From the IMG/VR virus record IMGVR_UViG_3300035687_000009, positions 1 to 52,709 of that record: 52,709 nt of DNA, one strand, 5' to 3'. Position numbers and translations under genes: made by a program. Each line of letters begins with the position of its first letter. The stretch's first letter is position 1. The notes beneath the pieces were generated by a model. The model worked only from the letters and a program-made list of their open reading frames with translations. It was not told the DNA's origin and did no database searches. This document shows positions 8,730 to 18,087 of this stretch, piece by piece. This DNA is from a virus (taxonomy: Duplodnaviria; Caudoviricetes).

Positions 8730-9295
8730 TCCTCCTCTCTATCCTTATATGTCACATCCCTGAGCGGTACGACTTCATGAAGCGGTTATCCGGAATATTG
8801 GATCCGCAGTTGGAGAAGTACAAAGCTTCCGTTAACAGTTTCATTGATGATTCACGCTATAAGAAAATCGGAAGGAAACGGAATGAGCTTGTCGCCAGAG
8901 CTAACGGAAAGTATTTATGTTTCATCGATGATGACGACAGGGTAAGCGACAATTATATCGAACTGCTTTTGGAAGGGATTAAAAAAGATGTGGACTGCTG
9001 CAGCCTGAAAGGGATCATTACTGAGGATGGAGAAAACCCGTTGCTATTCGAGCACTCGATTAAATATAAAATTTATAAGACTGTAACGGATTCTATGGAA
9101 GGTGATATAAGATATGAACGTTATCCAAACCATCTGAACGTTGTTAAAAAAGAGCATGCTAATAGATTCCCATTTCCAGAAACGAACCACGGTGAAGATA
9201 CCGATTACGCTACTCAGATGTTCAAAGCCGGCGTCTTAAAAAGTGAGCATTATATTGATCAGGTTATTTACTATTACGATTACAGAAGAAAATGA
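8726..9295 (+). CDS. GT2-family glycosyltransferase
   Basis: LSILICHIPER, IGRKRN, FIDDDD, GEDTDY. Confidence 0.9.
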   Translation: MILLSILICHIPERYDFMKRLSGILDPQLEKYKASVNSFIDDSRYKKIGRKRNELVARANGKYLCFIDDDDRVSDNYIELLLEGIKKDVDCCSLKGIITEDGENPLLFEHSIKYKIYKTVTDSMEGDIRYERYPNHLNVVKKEHANRFPFPETNHGEDTDYATQMFKAGVLKSEHYIDQVIYYYDYRRK

Positions 9296-9477
9296 AAACA
9301 GACGTAAAAATGGATGTTACAACCGACGCCTCTCAAACGTGTAAAGCAATAAAGGCAGTCACATTTGCAGTTAATGATTTAAAGAAAGCTATTGATCAGC
9401 TGAATGAAACATCCATTACAATCAGCATCCAATCAGAAAGCATACACCATAAACGCTGGTATCAGTTTTGGAAATGA
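9292..9477 (+). CDS. Hypothetical protein
   Basis: ATGA overlap; ends KRWYQFWK. Confidence 0.6.
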   Translation: MKTDVKMDVTTDASQTCKAIKAVTFAVNDLKKAIDQLNETSITISIQSESIHHKRWYQFWK

Positions 9478-9692
9478 AAATGTATGTCCAAAAAGTGATC
9501 GGAGGGCAGTCTAGGTATTTCTATGAATCCTGGTATTTAAACAATCATGGTGCGCCCTGCGTATTCAGAACACCTTTTAGGGACCATCATAATAACGAGG
9601 ACCTTAAAAGTTTATATAAATTCATCTACCAACTGAAGGATAATATTCAGAAGTGTATAAACACAGAGACAGATCTATCAATAGAAATATGA
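9474..9692 (+). CDS. Hypothetical protein
   Basis: ATGA overlaps at both ends. Confidence 0.55.
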   Translation: MKMYVQKVIGGQSRYFYESWYLNNHGAPCVFRTPFRDHHNNEDLKSLYKFIYQLKDNIQKCINTETDLSIEI

Positions 9693-10576
9693 GAGCAATC
9701 AGCTATTCACTTTTTGGTTATAACAAAGAACGTCAGGCAAATTGCTTTGACTTCAATTCATATTTACGCGGGATGCATATTTGTCTGCGCTTCAATAGGA
9801 TTCTTTTCCCTGACTGGCAGATGGTTGTTAATATTGACGGTTCCACCTTCGATTCTCCTTACCGTCCTATCTTCGAATGGCACCAAGCAAAAGGATTTAT
9901 CCGCTTTAATATTCAAGATAACGACACCCAGCTTTGTAAGGCAATGCTGTGGAGATTTAAAACAGTCTTTGATTACGATCATCCCGACTGGCGCTACTCT
10001 CATGTAATCTGCCGGGACCTGGACTCTATCCCTACTTACCGTGAGGCTCAAATGGTTCAGGAGTGGGTGACCGAAGATAAAGCATTGCATTGTATTACCG
10101 ATTCAGTTTCACACACTATCCCAATGATGGGTGGACTTGTAGGCTTCAGACCTGGATATGCTAAAGACCTGCTTGGACTAAGGACTAATCCAGAATCATG
10201 CTTTGATAAGCTTATTGAAAGGGCGGCAATTAATTACAGTATAAAAGGATCTGATCAGACATTTTTGAATCAAGTAATTTATCCATCGCTGGCAGATCAT
10301 TGCACCGAACATTTCATAAAGGGAATGTCCCATAATAAGAAGGAGGAAAACGGAAGGCATTACCGCATCGATGAAAGCCTGGAAATCGGAGTTGATCCTA
10401 AATTCAAAGAAACAAATCTGCTTGCCGGACATGCCGGTGCTGCTGGTTTTTATGAAACCCCTACTATGAAATTTCTTTATTGGGATGATCCATTCAAAGA
10501 AGATTATAAGGAACTGGAGACTATGAAAGGATTTGAACAGATATTTTACTGGCAAACACGGGAGGATTTAAGATGA
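9689..10576 (+). CDS. GT-A-fold glycosyltransferase-like protein
   Basis: ISYSLFG, MLWRF, CRDLDS (DxD), MMGGLVG, DQTFL; ATG at 9689 by ATGA overlap. Confidence 0.7.
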   Translation: MRAISYSLFGYNKERQANCFDFNSYLRGMHICLRFNRILFPDWQMVVNIDGSTFDSPYRPIFEWHQAKGFIRFNIQDNDTQLCKAMLWRFKTVFDYDHPDWRYSHVICRDLDSIPTYREAQMVQEWVTEDKALHCITDSVSHTIPMMGGLVGFRPGYAKDLLGLRTNPESCFDKLIERAAINYSIKGSDQTFLNQVIYPSLADHCTEHFIKGMSHNKKEENGRHYRIDESLEIGVDPKFKETNLLAGHAGAAGFYETPTMKFLYWDDPFKEDYKELETMKGFEQIFYWQTREDLR

Positions 10577-10818
10577 AAATAATCGAATGTAATGTCTGGT
10601 GCTCGGAGAGTGATAAGAATCGAGAACTCGGTTTACCTGACGGTGATTGCTGGATGCCTATCGCTATTGACTTTGATGTGGTGGCTACAATCAAAGAGGC
10701 CGGCCCGAATGACTTCCTGGGGCATGGAAAGGCGACGGTCTACGTAAACGGATCACACTTTATAATTGATATAGAATATCAAGAGGCTGTAAAAATTTGG
10801 AAGCGTACGATTTTATGA
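10573..10818 (+). CDS. Hypothetical protein
   Basis: ATGA overlaps at both ends. Confidence 0.6.
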   Translation: MKIIECNVWCSESDKNRELGLPDGDCWMPIAIDFDVVATIKEAGPNDFLGHGKATVYVNGSHFIIDIEYQEAVKIWKRTIL

Positions 10819-11309
10819 AGCGCATTGAAGGAGAATGGCGATACTTTGACGAGGCACTACAGATGCCATATCCATGGTACACAAAACCGGCGTTAACGGT
10901 TCTGGATAGAATGGTACTGAATCGGAAGCGGATATTTGAATTCGGGGCCGGTGATTCTACGTTATGGTTTCGCGAGAAAGGGGCACAGGTCTGGAGTGTT
11001 GATAATAACATGGAATGGGCAACGAAAATAAACTGCGATTTCCAGGCTTTTTACAATGAGTATGTCAGCACAATCGACCGTGCTGGAGAGTTCAATATAA
11101 TCTGTGTTGATGGCGTGTGGCGCGATGAGTGCGTAATCAGAGGATGGGATCATTTGAAGAAAGGCGGGCTGATGATCGTTGATAATTATAAGCAGGCATC
11201 CGTAGAAATGCACTGGCCTAAAACGGAAGAATTAATTAAAGGTAAAAATTATACTATACATAAAGAGCCTGACCATTACGATTGGCAAACATTAATGATC
11301 ATAAAATGA
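10815..11309 (+). CDS. Class I SAM-dependent methyltransferase
   Basis: IFEFGAGDST, WSVD, IICVDG, LKKGGLMIVDN. Confidence 0.85.
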   Translation: MKRIEGEWRYFDEALQMPYPWYTKPALTVLDRMVLNRKRIFEFGAGDSTLWFREKGAQVWSVDNNMEWATKINCDFQAFYNEYVSTIDRAGEFNIICVDGVWRDECVIRGWDHLKKGGLMIVDNYKQASVEMHWPKTEELIKGKNYTIHKEPDHYDWQTLMIIK

Positions 11310-11500
11310 AGATCTCAAAGAAAGTTGAAACAGCTGAAGCGCTATTCCTGGCAATGATAAGGAACGCAAAGTTTTCACTCTCTGCAATGAACTTCGCGCC
11401 GGAGGAAATAATTGAACTGGAATCGTTCACCAGGCCATACCGGGATAAATTGAATGAGATTGAAGCAATGGAAAGAGAAATAAATGACACCCTGAAATGA
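11306..11500 (+). CDS. Hypothetical protein
   Basis: ATGA overlaps at both ends. Confidence 0.55.
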   Translation: MKISKKVETAEALFLAMIRNAKFSLSAMNFAPEEIIELESFTRPYRDKLNEIEAMEREINDTLK

Positions 11501-12306
11501 AAAAGTATATCGTATTATCGGTTAATGACAATGTGGATTACTTATACTTCACACCTTTAGTATGCTGGGCGTGGAGACGTTTAGGATGGGAGCCTTTACT
11601 GTTTTTTAGAGGCGATATGACTGATCCAATTGCAATGATGGTTTTTAAAAATGCCAACATCGATAAGAACAATGGTTATCAACTTTCACAGCAGGACGGT
11701 TACCGGTCCGACACGATAACACAGATATCCAGGCTTTACGCCGGCTGTGTTATCGATACACATGATATGGTAATGACAGGAGATATTGATATGATCCCGC
11801 TTTCAGATTACTGGAAACCAAAGCAAGAGGACGTTACTGTTTATGGGCATGATCTTACTGGCTATGGTCATTATCCAATTTGTTACATAGCAATGGATGG
11901 CTACAAATGGGCGGAGGTTATGAATTTGGTGAACTTTGATTATGACGAACACATCAAGCGTGATCTCGATACTCTCCCACAAGCAAAGGATCTTGACTTC
12001 TATAAATATTGGTTTTCGGACCAGGACTTGATCACAGCGAGGTTAAACGAATATGGTAAAGAGAAGATAACCTTTATCAATCGCGGACAAGGATCACATG
12101 GTTACGCAAGAGGTCGTATTGACAGGGGTTCAAATGGATGGGTACTTGATCAACCGGAACTTATCGATGCTCACTTAATGCAACAGACGCACCATAGTAA
12201 TGAAAAAATCCAAAAACTTATGGATCTATTGCATCATGTTTGGCCGAAAGAAGATTGGAAGTGGTTCTTGGAATATACTAAGGAATTTAAAAAACTATCG
12301 ATATGA
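11497..12306 (+). CDS. GT-A glycosyltransferase-like protein (GT8-like)
   Basis: QISRLY, MTGDIDMIP DxD, WFSDQDLI, IDAH. Confidence 0.7.
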   Translation: MKKYIVLSVNDNVDYLYFTPLVCWAWRRLGWEPLLFFRGDMTDPIAMMVFKNANIDKNNGYQLSQQDGYRSDTITQISRLYAGCVIDTHDMVMTGDIDMIPLSDYWKPKQEDVTVYGHDLTGYGHYPICYIAMDGYKWAEVMNLVNFDYDEHIKRDLDTLPQAKDLDFYKYWFSDQDLITARLNEYGKEKITFINRGQGSHGYARGRIDRGSNGWVLDQPELIDAHLMQQTHHSNEKIQKLMDLLHHVWPKEDWKWFLEYTKEFKKLSI

Positions 12307-12464
12307 GAATACACATCCCTGACGTAGTCGTTCGTATACACTGGCATGCCAGTTATAAAATTAAATGGATCCCAAGTGAGGGAAATAGTGCCGTAAGTTT
12401 CGGTCGTAAATACAGATTTTATTATTGGCTAAAGTATCAGATTGAGTTCGTTACACATGAATAA
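12303..12464 (+). CDS. 53-aa hypothetical protein
   Basis: MRIHIPDVVVRIHWHASYKIKW...; ATGA overlap; fills the gap exactly. Confidence 0.5.
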   Translation: MRIHIPDVVVRIHWHASYKIKWIPSEGNSAVSFGRKYRFYYWLKYQIEFVTHE

Positions 12465-13089
12465 GCGTTGTATAGTAAATGTTGCTACCGGGGAATTCTA
12501 CGGTAAGATGCAGGAGAGATTAGTTGAATCATTATCTCAAAGTATAGACTATGGAATAGATCTAATGACATGGAGCGACTGCCTACCTGAAGGCTCACGT
12601 CTTCATTCAGAATCCCCATACGGTTTTAAAGTTCACGCTATAAAAGCAGCTTATGAGAAAGGTTATACTTCTATCCTTTGGCTGGATTCTCCTGCGTACG
12701 CGGTTAAAGAAGATGTATCGCCAATATTTGAGAAGATTGAAAAAGAAGGATATTATGCTATGAGTCATATCGACCCATTGGAAAATTGGGTTGGTGATAC
12801 CGTTCTGAAATATTATAACAACGTGAGGCGTGAAGCTCTTGTAGGTAAGAACCTACCATCTGGTTCATGTTATGGTTTTGATTTTACGAGCCGCGGTGGA
12901 AGTATATTCCACGGAATGCAGAGGGCGGAAGAAGCCGGCATGTTTAAATCTGAACCAATTGGAGAGGGAACATGGCACAGGCATGATGAGGCAATATTGG
13001 CAATGGAATTAGGTAGTCTGAAGATCTTCACTAACGATCCATTATTTCAAAGCGATAGTCCGGAGTGTGTAATTAAATCAGGTGGATGA
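12457..13089 (+). CDS. GT-A glycosyltransferase-like protein (DUF1647/GT34-like)
   Basis: YGFKVHAI, ILWLDS, WHRHDEAIL. Confidence 0.7.
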   Translation: MNKRCIVNVATGEFYGKMQERLVESLSQSIDYGIDLMTWSDCLPEGSRLHSESPYGFKVHAIKAAYEKGYTSILWLDSPAYAVKEDVSPIFEKIEKEGYYAMSHIDPLENWVGDTVLKYYNNVRREALVGKNLPSGSCYGFDFTSRGGSIFHGMQRAEEAGMFKSEPIGEGTWHRHDEAILAMELGSLKIFTNDPLFQSDSPECVIKSGG

Positions 13090-13703
13090 AAACAATAGAT
13101 CAGCATACTTTCGATGAAAGGCTTTTAAATGGACGATGGGTCATTGATGCCGGATGCCGTGGATTTAACTTCACGAACTATTGCCTCGATCGTTGTAATG
13201 TATACGCTTTGGATATAGAGGACTTCAGTAATAATGAAGATGTTTCAATAGTAAGAAAATATTTTTCAAAGCTTATATTTAAACAAGCCGCATTAACCAA
13301 CTACTCAGGGCAAACAGAATGTTATCTATGGGGTAATGGGTACGGCAACTTCATCAAAGGAATAAACGGTGAGCCTGGCAGCACCGAAGACAGGCCAGTT
13401 CAGAAGATCACGGTTCCGGCTATCACGCTACAGGATATTTACAAAGAGATCGGAACGGATATTGACTTATTAAAATTAGATATCGAAGGTGCAGAGTACA
13501 GGGTATTGGGCGAAGGTTTCGAACCTATCCCGAAACAAATCACAGTTGAAACACATGAGCATTGCCACACTGATCTCCATAATACTTACTGGCCAGAAAT
13601 ATGGGAAAGGCTTTGTAAAGATTACCATGCCTCACTCTATATAAGTGAATGGCCCAAGTATAAGTTTATGGATTGTTTATTTATAAGGAAAGATATTCTA
13701 TGA
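13086..13703 (+). CDS. FkbM-family O-methyltransferase
   Basis: VIDAGC, AALTNYSG, VPAITL, IDLLKLDIEGAEY, QITVETH. Confidence 0.9.
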   Translation: MKTIDQHTFDERLLNGRWVIDAGCRGFNFTNYCLDRCNVYALDIEDFSNNEDVSIVRKYFSKLIFKQAALTNYSGQTECYLWGNGYGNFIKGINGEPGSTEDRPVQKITVPAITLQDIYKEIGTDIDLLKLDIEGAEYRVLGEGFEPIPKQITVETHEHCHTDLHNTYWPEIWERLCKDYHASLYISEWPKYKFMDCLFIRKDIL

Positions 13704-14386
13704 TCTACGCTTTTAATTTCACATGCGATCGTGATAATGACCTTAGTAATTTAATGGTGCAAACTCTTTACCGGCACTGTGATGACCTCAAAGAATTAGT
13801 TGTAATCAACACCGATCACAACCTGGACTATCGGGGTTATGGTAATGGCGCTGGGTGGCCTCAAAGTATGCTGAAATTAAAAAGGCTAAGAGAATTTAAT
13901 CCAGCAGATGACGACTTTATTTTGTCCGTGGATAGTGATGTGGTGTTCGGCAGCCGTGAAGTATTTATCCAGTTAGATAAGCAGTACGGAATCATCGGCA
14001 CCAAACATATTCCAGAGTTTAACACCGCGCTGGGTAAATGGTCACACATGAGCGGGGCATTAATATTCATCCGCGGGGATATTGCAAAAAAGATGGCTGC
14101 TTTGGATGAGACTACTTTGAACATGATAAGGTTTCAACACTTCAAACCATTTAGATTAACGGAAAATGAAGATGTGGTATTAAGTTACCTGGCTTCCTAT
14201 TGTGGGGCAAATCAATTCAGCCTTCCAAGTTTTTTAAGTTCGGGAAATTTTGAAAGCGAGGTAAAAGAAAAAAAATTAAGAAGCTTTTACCATCTTAACT
14301 ATTGTCCGACACAATTCTTAGGTGAGGAGGTGGCCGGCAAATGGGACATCCCTAAAATACTGAAATCAAAAGGAATAGAATTATGA
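13700..14386 (+). CDS. GT-A glycosyltransferase-like protein
   Basis: ILSVDSDVVF DxD, HMSGALIFI, ENEDVVLS. Confidence 0.75.
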   Translation: MIYAFNFTCDRDNDLSNLMVQTLYRHCDDLKELVVINTDHNLDYRGYGNGAGWPQSMLKLKRLREFNPADDDFILSVDSDVVFGSREVFIQLDKQYGIIGTKHIPEFNTALGKWSHMSGALIFIRGDIAKKMAALDETTLNMIRFQHFKPFRLTENEDVVLSYLASYCGANQFSLPSFLSSGNFESEVKEKKLRSFYHLNYCPTQFLGEEVAGKWDIPKILKSKGIEL

Positions 14387-14676
14387 TATACAAAATAATT
14401 TTAGACGGACAGACCTTCGAATGCTTATTGGATAAGGATGAGGTGTATAGTGGTATTTACTCGGGATATTGCAGACAACCAGACAACGAAAATCGTCATT
14501 ACTTCGATTATAAATTTTGTTGGCGCGGTGTATGGGAAGGTAGACTATATTTTAAGGATTCAGAATATTGGTCTGAAGATTTAGACTTAATGAATAGGAT
14601 CTGGATAATTCTCGAAAACAAATTGAAGGAAATGATTCGGGAATCAAATCCTGATATAAAAAAAGAATACGAATGA
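14383..14676 (+). CDS. Hypothetical protein
   Basis: ATGA overlaps at both ends. Confidence 0.6.
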   Translation: MIYKIILDGQTFECLLDKDEVYSGIYSGYCRQPDNENRHYFDYKFCWRGVWEGRLYFKDSEYWSEDLDLMNRIWIILENKLKEMIRESNPDIKKEYE

Positions 14677-15188
14677 GGCACCGATTTATAGATAATCTTT
14701 CACACTGGAATTCATATTTGCCGCTTTTATGGGAGGCTCTTGAATCTACCAAAGGTGATGTTATCGAGTTGGGGATGGGTGACGGATCAACAGAGAAGCT
14801 CCATGAATATTGCAGGCAGAATAGCCGGAAGTTATTCTCCTATGAATCCAATGAAGCATGGTATAGGAAATTTGAAAAGTTAAATACCGTAGATCATAGA
14901 CTTGAATACGTTGGGCCAAACTGGCAACCAATGATTGAGAATCACAGAGGGGAAGTTGGCGTTTTATTCTCAGACGAGGCACCTGGGGAGATGAGGAAAT
15001 ATAATATTTCAATGTTTTGCAATATCGCTCAGGTGATTGTTGCGCACGACACGGAGCCAAGTAATGATGGAGGGTATAAATTCTCTCTGATAAAACCGCT
15101 GTTTAAATATATAAAGCATTTTCAATTTCAGGGCGCGGACGCAACGGCGTTCAGTAATTTTATTGACGTAACAAAATGGAGTATTTAG
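14673..15188 (+). CDS. Class I SAM-dependent methyltransferase
   Basis: VIELGMGDGST, FSYE, VLFSD, IVAHDT. Confidence 0.8.
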   Translation: MRHRFIDNLSHWNSYLPLLWEALESTKGDVIELGMGDGSTEKLHEYCRQNSRKLFSYESNEAWYRKFEKLNTVDHRLEYVGPNWQPMIENHRGEVGVLFSDEAPGEMRKYNISMFCNIAQVIVAHDTEPSNDGGYKFSLIKPLFKYIKHFQFQGADATAFSNFIDVTKWSI

Positions 15189-15376
15189 AAGGTATATGTA
15201 TATGTAAGTGTGAGTGTCACATAAAAGGGAATATAGTACTTCATTTTATAGCGTGTTGTGAACTCACTGGCGAGTCTTATATAAACATCGATGGTAGTAT
15301 TGATTTTGAAATTTATAAAAAACTTATTAACGGGTCAGATGACCAAAACAAAACTTCTACGATTATGAGTGATTGA
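15176..15376 (+). CDS. Small Cys-rich protein
   Basis: CICKCECH...ACCE. Confidence 0.55.
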   Translation: MEYLEGICICKCECHIKGNIVLHFIACCELTGESYINIDGSIDFEIYKKLINGSDDQNKTSTIMSD

Positions 15377-16092
15377 TTTCCTTAATCCACCCCTCCAGAG
15401 GCAGACCATACAAAAGTAATGTCACCACTACAAAATGGCTGTCAGCAGCCGGCATCGAAGATGTTGAACTAATTGTTTCTATTGATGACAACGATCAGAA
15501 CAGAAGACAATATTTCGATATCTATTCTCACTACGATCCATTTAAAACCAAAATAATCTCCAGCGCTAACCGTTCGGCCGTTGATGCTATTAACAACGGA
15601 GCTAAAGAAGCAAAGGGTGATATCCTTATTGTCGTTTCTGATGATTCCGATTGCCCGGAAGGATGGGGAAGAACAATCCTGGAAGCTACAATAGACAAAA
15701 AAGATTTTGTTTTAAAAACTTATGACGGCGTTCAGAAGTGGATTGTTACCATGCCGGTAATTGACCGCGCTTATTACAACAGGTTCAACTACATCTATCA
15801 TCCGGACTATTCGCATATGTTCGTGGATACAGAATTCACACATGTTGCCGATGTCTTGAAAAGAATTATCTGGCGCAATGATATTTCATTCCCACACTTG
15901 CACTACTCCGTAACAAAAGGTAAGAAGGATGAAGTAAGTAATAGGGCGGATGCCACGTGGACACAAGGGAAGGTTTTATACTTAAAACGCTTCATGGAAA
16001 AATTCGGCCTCGATGAGAGTGTTAATGTTTGGGATGTGGCAAGTGAGGGGCATAAGAAGTGGATTCAGGATGCAATGCGACTGAAGGTATGA
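15373..16092 (+). CDS. GT2-like glycosyltransferase
   Basis: ISLIHPSRGRP, SIDDND, AINNG, VVSDD, FVDTEF. Confidence 0.85.
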   Translation: MISLIHPSRGRPYKSNVTTTKWLSAAGIEDVELIVSIDDNDQNRRQYFDIYSHYDPFKTKIISSANRSAVDAINNGAKEAKGDILIVVSDDSDCPEGWGRTILEATIDKKDFVLKTYDGVQKWIVTMPVIDRAYYNRFNYIYHPDYSHMFVDTEFTHVADVLKRIIWRNDISFPHLHYSVTKGKKDEVSNRADATWTQGKVLYLKRFMEKFGLDESVNVWDVASEGHKKWIQDAMRLKV

Positions 16093-16847
16093 AGATAGCC
16101 GCGATTTATTGTGTTTGGTTTGACGGGATGGATCTGCTGCCGTACTCAGTTAATAATATTCTACCTGTTGTGGATGGTGTTATTATTATTTGGTCGAACT
16201 ACTCAAACCACGGAGAGTATAAACCATTTACTCTAACTCCTGCGGATGATAAAGTTAAAATGTATCAATGTGAACCCGCACAATTTGGAAACGCACATCA
16301 AAGCGAAAGGGAAAAGCGAAATTTTGGTTTGGATAAAGCGCGGCAACTTGGATTTACTCATTTTATTATGCTTGATGCTGATGAGTTTTACGAACAATCT
16401 GATTTCCAGATCGAAAAGGATTATATCGAAAAGAATAATACCGCTGGAACAGTTTGCAGAACACAAGTATATTTTAAGAAGCCAACATACTTTTTACCTG
16501 ACCATACACTAGTTCCATTTATTCACAAAATAACGCCAACATTAAGATTTCAGCACAACAATAAAACATATCCATTTACCTACGATAAGGATGGCAATGC
16601 CCACATCGACCCTACCAGGAGGCTTAATATTACCGATGGTGTGGAGTGGTCAAATATTACAATGCATCATTTTAGCTGGCTGAGATCTGACTACAATTTA
16701 AAAATCGAGAATTCAGTAGCCAGAAAGAATCTAAAAGCGTCAACCATTTACGCTGATCTTCAGAAGGCCGCGCCAGGGGTTTATAATGATTTCTACCGTG
16801 CTGAAATAAAAGAGTGTGAAAACATATTTAACCTTCCGGATCTATGA
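16089..16847 (+). CDS. GT2-like glycosyltransferase
   Basis: EREKRNFGL, MLDADEFY, MHHFSW. Confidence 0.8.
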   Translation: MKIAAIYCVWFDGMDLLPYSVNNILPVVDGVIIIWSNYSNHGEYKPFTLTPADDKVKMYQCEPAQFGNAHQSEREKRNFGLDKARQLGFTHFIMLDADEFYEQSDFQIEKDYIEKNNTAGTVCRTQVYFKKPTYFLPDHTLVPFIHKITPTLRFQHNNKTYPFTYDKDGNAHIDPTRRLNITDGVEWSNITMHHFSWLRSDYNLKIENSVARKNLKASTIYADLQKAAPGVYNDFYRAEIKECENIFNLPDL

Positions 16848-17125
16848 TAGAATTTATTATACATCTTGTTATTGGGTCGCTCTTCGTTTGGGGGGTATTC
16901 AAAATATTTGATGATCTTCTTTTGCCGGTTCGAGTAAAGATTGAAACGTGGTTAGGCCCAAAATGGAGTAAGCCTATGGTAACATGCCCGCCGTGCATGG
17001 CCTCGTTTCATGGGATATATTTAGGACTTATTTTCTTTGGCGCTGACTGGATTATTATTTTATACTGTGTGTCCCTTTGTGGGTTGAATTATTTGATCCA
17101 GCAATTTCTACCTGAATATGATTAA
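16844..17125 (+). CDS. Small membrane protein with CxxC (DUF1360-like)
   Basis: Hydrophobic segments around KPMVTCPPCMASFHG. Confidence 0.6.
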   Translation: MIEFIIHLVIGSLFVWGVFKIFDDLLLPVRVKIETWLGPKWSKPMVTCPPCMASFHGIYLGLIFFGADWIIILYCVSLCGLNYLIQQFLPEYD

Positions 17126-17250
17126 CGGATACGAATACTGGATATCATATCTGATTTTCGAGACTATGGATATTCACTGGACCCCTGTGTATGACATTGA
17201 AAAAGGATTGCAAATGATTGAGCGATATAAATTAAAATACCCAAACTGAA

Positions 17251-17862
17251 ATGATAAAATTTATTAAAAATCTATTCAAAGCAAAACCAAAAAATCCGGT
17301 ATTTAATATTCATCATCCGGACATAGCACCGAATATTGAATTTGCTTTTGAGGCCGCAGGTAGGAAGTTTTATCGATTCGTTAAGGACTATCAAATGCCG
17401 ACCGGGAGGTATAAGTATGCAGAGGCCTTTTTGTATGAATCAGAATTAAGGATGAATTTAAAAACCTTGAATTCCTACATGGATGAGATCGAGAAAAACA
17501 TTGACGGATCAAAAGGAGTAATAAATATCAGCAAAGTGATTCAGGTGATTTGGGCTATTCGTGGACGCTGTAAGCTTGCGTTCTCCCCTGAAACAATTGA
17601 GCGCCTTGCAACCGCTATTTATTTCGATGAGAGTGAGGATCTAAGTAGTTTAAATATAGAGTATGCCGAGGAGAAAATTAAGTTCTTCAGGAAGCATAAA
17701 GTAATTACTTTTTTTTTGACCAAGCCTATGAGCGATTTATTGGGACTCAGCGGTTTCACCGAAACACATTTTCAGACCTTTTTGAACCAGGTGGAGCAAG
17801 CGGAGCAACTGATAAAAGACTTGATGTTCGATCCAGAGAAGCCTTCTTTGCCGAACACATAA
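17251..17862 (+). CDS. Putative tail assembly chaperone (gpG analogue)
   Basis: Directly upstream of the tape measure gene; contains a T9 slippery run. Confidence 0.6.
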   Translation: MIKFIKNLFKAKPKNPVFNIHHPDIAPNIEFAFEAAGRKFYRFVKDYQMPTGRYKYAEAFLYESELRMNLKTLNSYMDEIEKNIDGSKGVINISKVIQVIWAIRGRCKLAFSPETIERLATAIYFDESEDLSSLNIEYAEEKIKFFRKHKVITFFLTKPMSDLLGLSGFTETHFQTFLNQVEQAEQLIKDLMFDPEKPSLPNT

Positions 17863-18008
17863 AAAGCAAGGAACATCAATTAAAGGTGGTTTCTGGTTAT
17901 GATATCTTACAGGAAGATGTGTTTAGAAAAATGGATCAGTACTCTTATTTATACCACATCTCCGAATTAAAGAAAAGGCAGGATGAATTAGATGGTATAA
18001 ATCCATGA
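17709..18008 (+). CDS. -1 frameshift extension of the chaperone (gpT analogue)
   Basis: T TTT TTT heptamer at 17709; -1 frame open for 99 codons (FFFDQAYERFIG...DGINP) to TGA at 18008. Confidence 0.7.
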   Translation, partial: FFFDQAYERFIGTQRFHRNTFSDLFEPGGASGATDKRLDVRSREAFFAEHIKSKEHQLKVVSGYDILQEDVFRKMDQYSYLYHISELKKRQDELDGINP

Positions 18009-18087
18009 GAAACTTATTATATTTACATAGCGTATCTATCAGGTACAGGCCGTTTCAGGCAATACAAAATCTCCATTCCTATGAACG

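Noticed and set aside
7016-17125. Host LPS/capsule locus captured by misassembly
   Set aside because: Genes are coupled with phage-like small ORFs, share the operator box found before terS, and lack wzx/wzy or sugar synthesis genes
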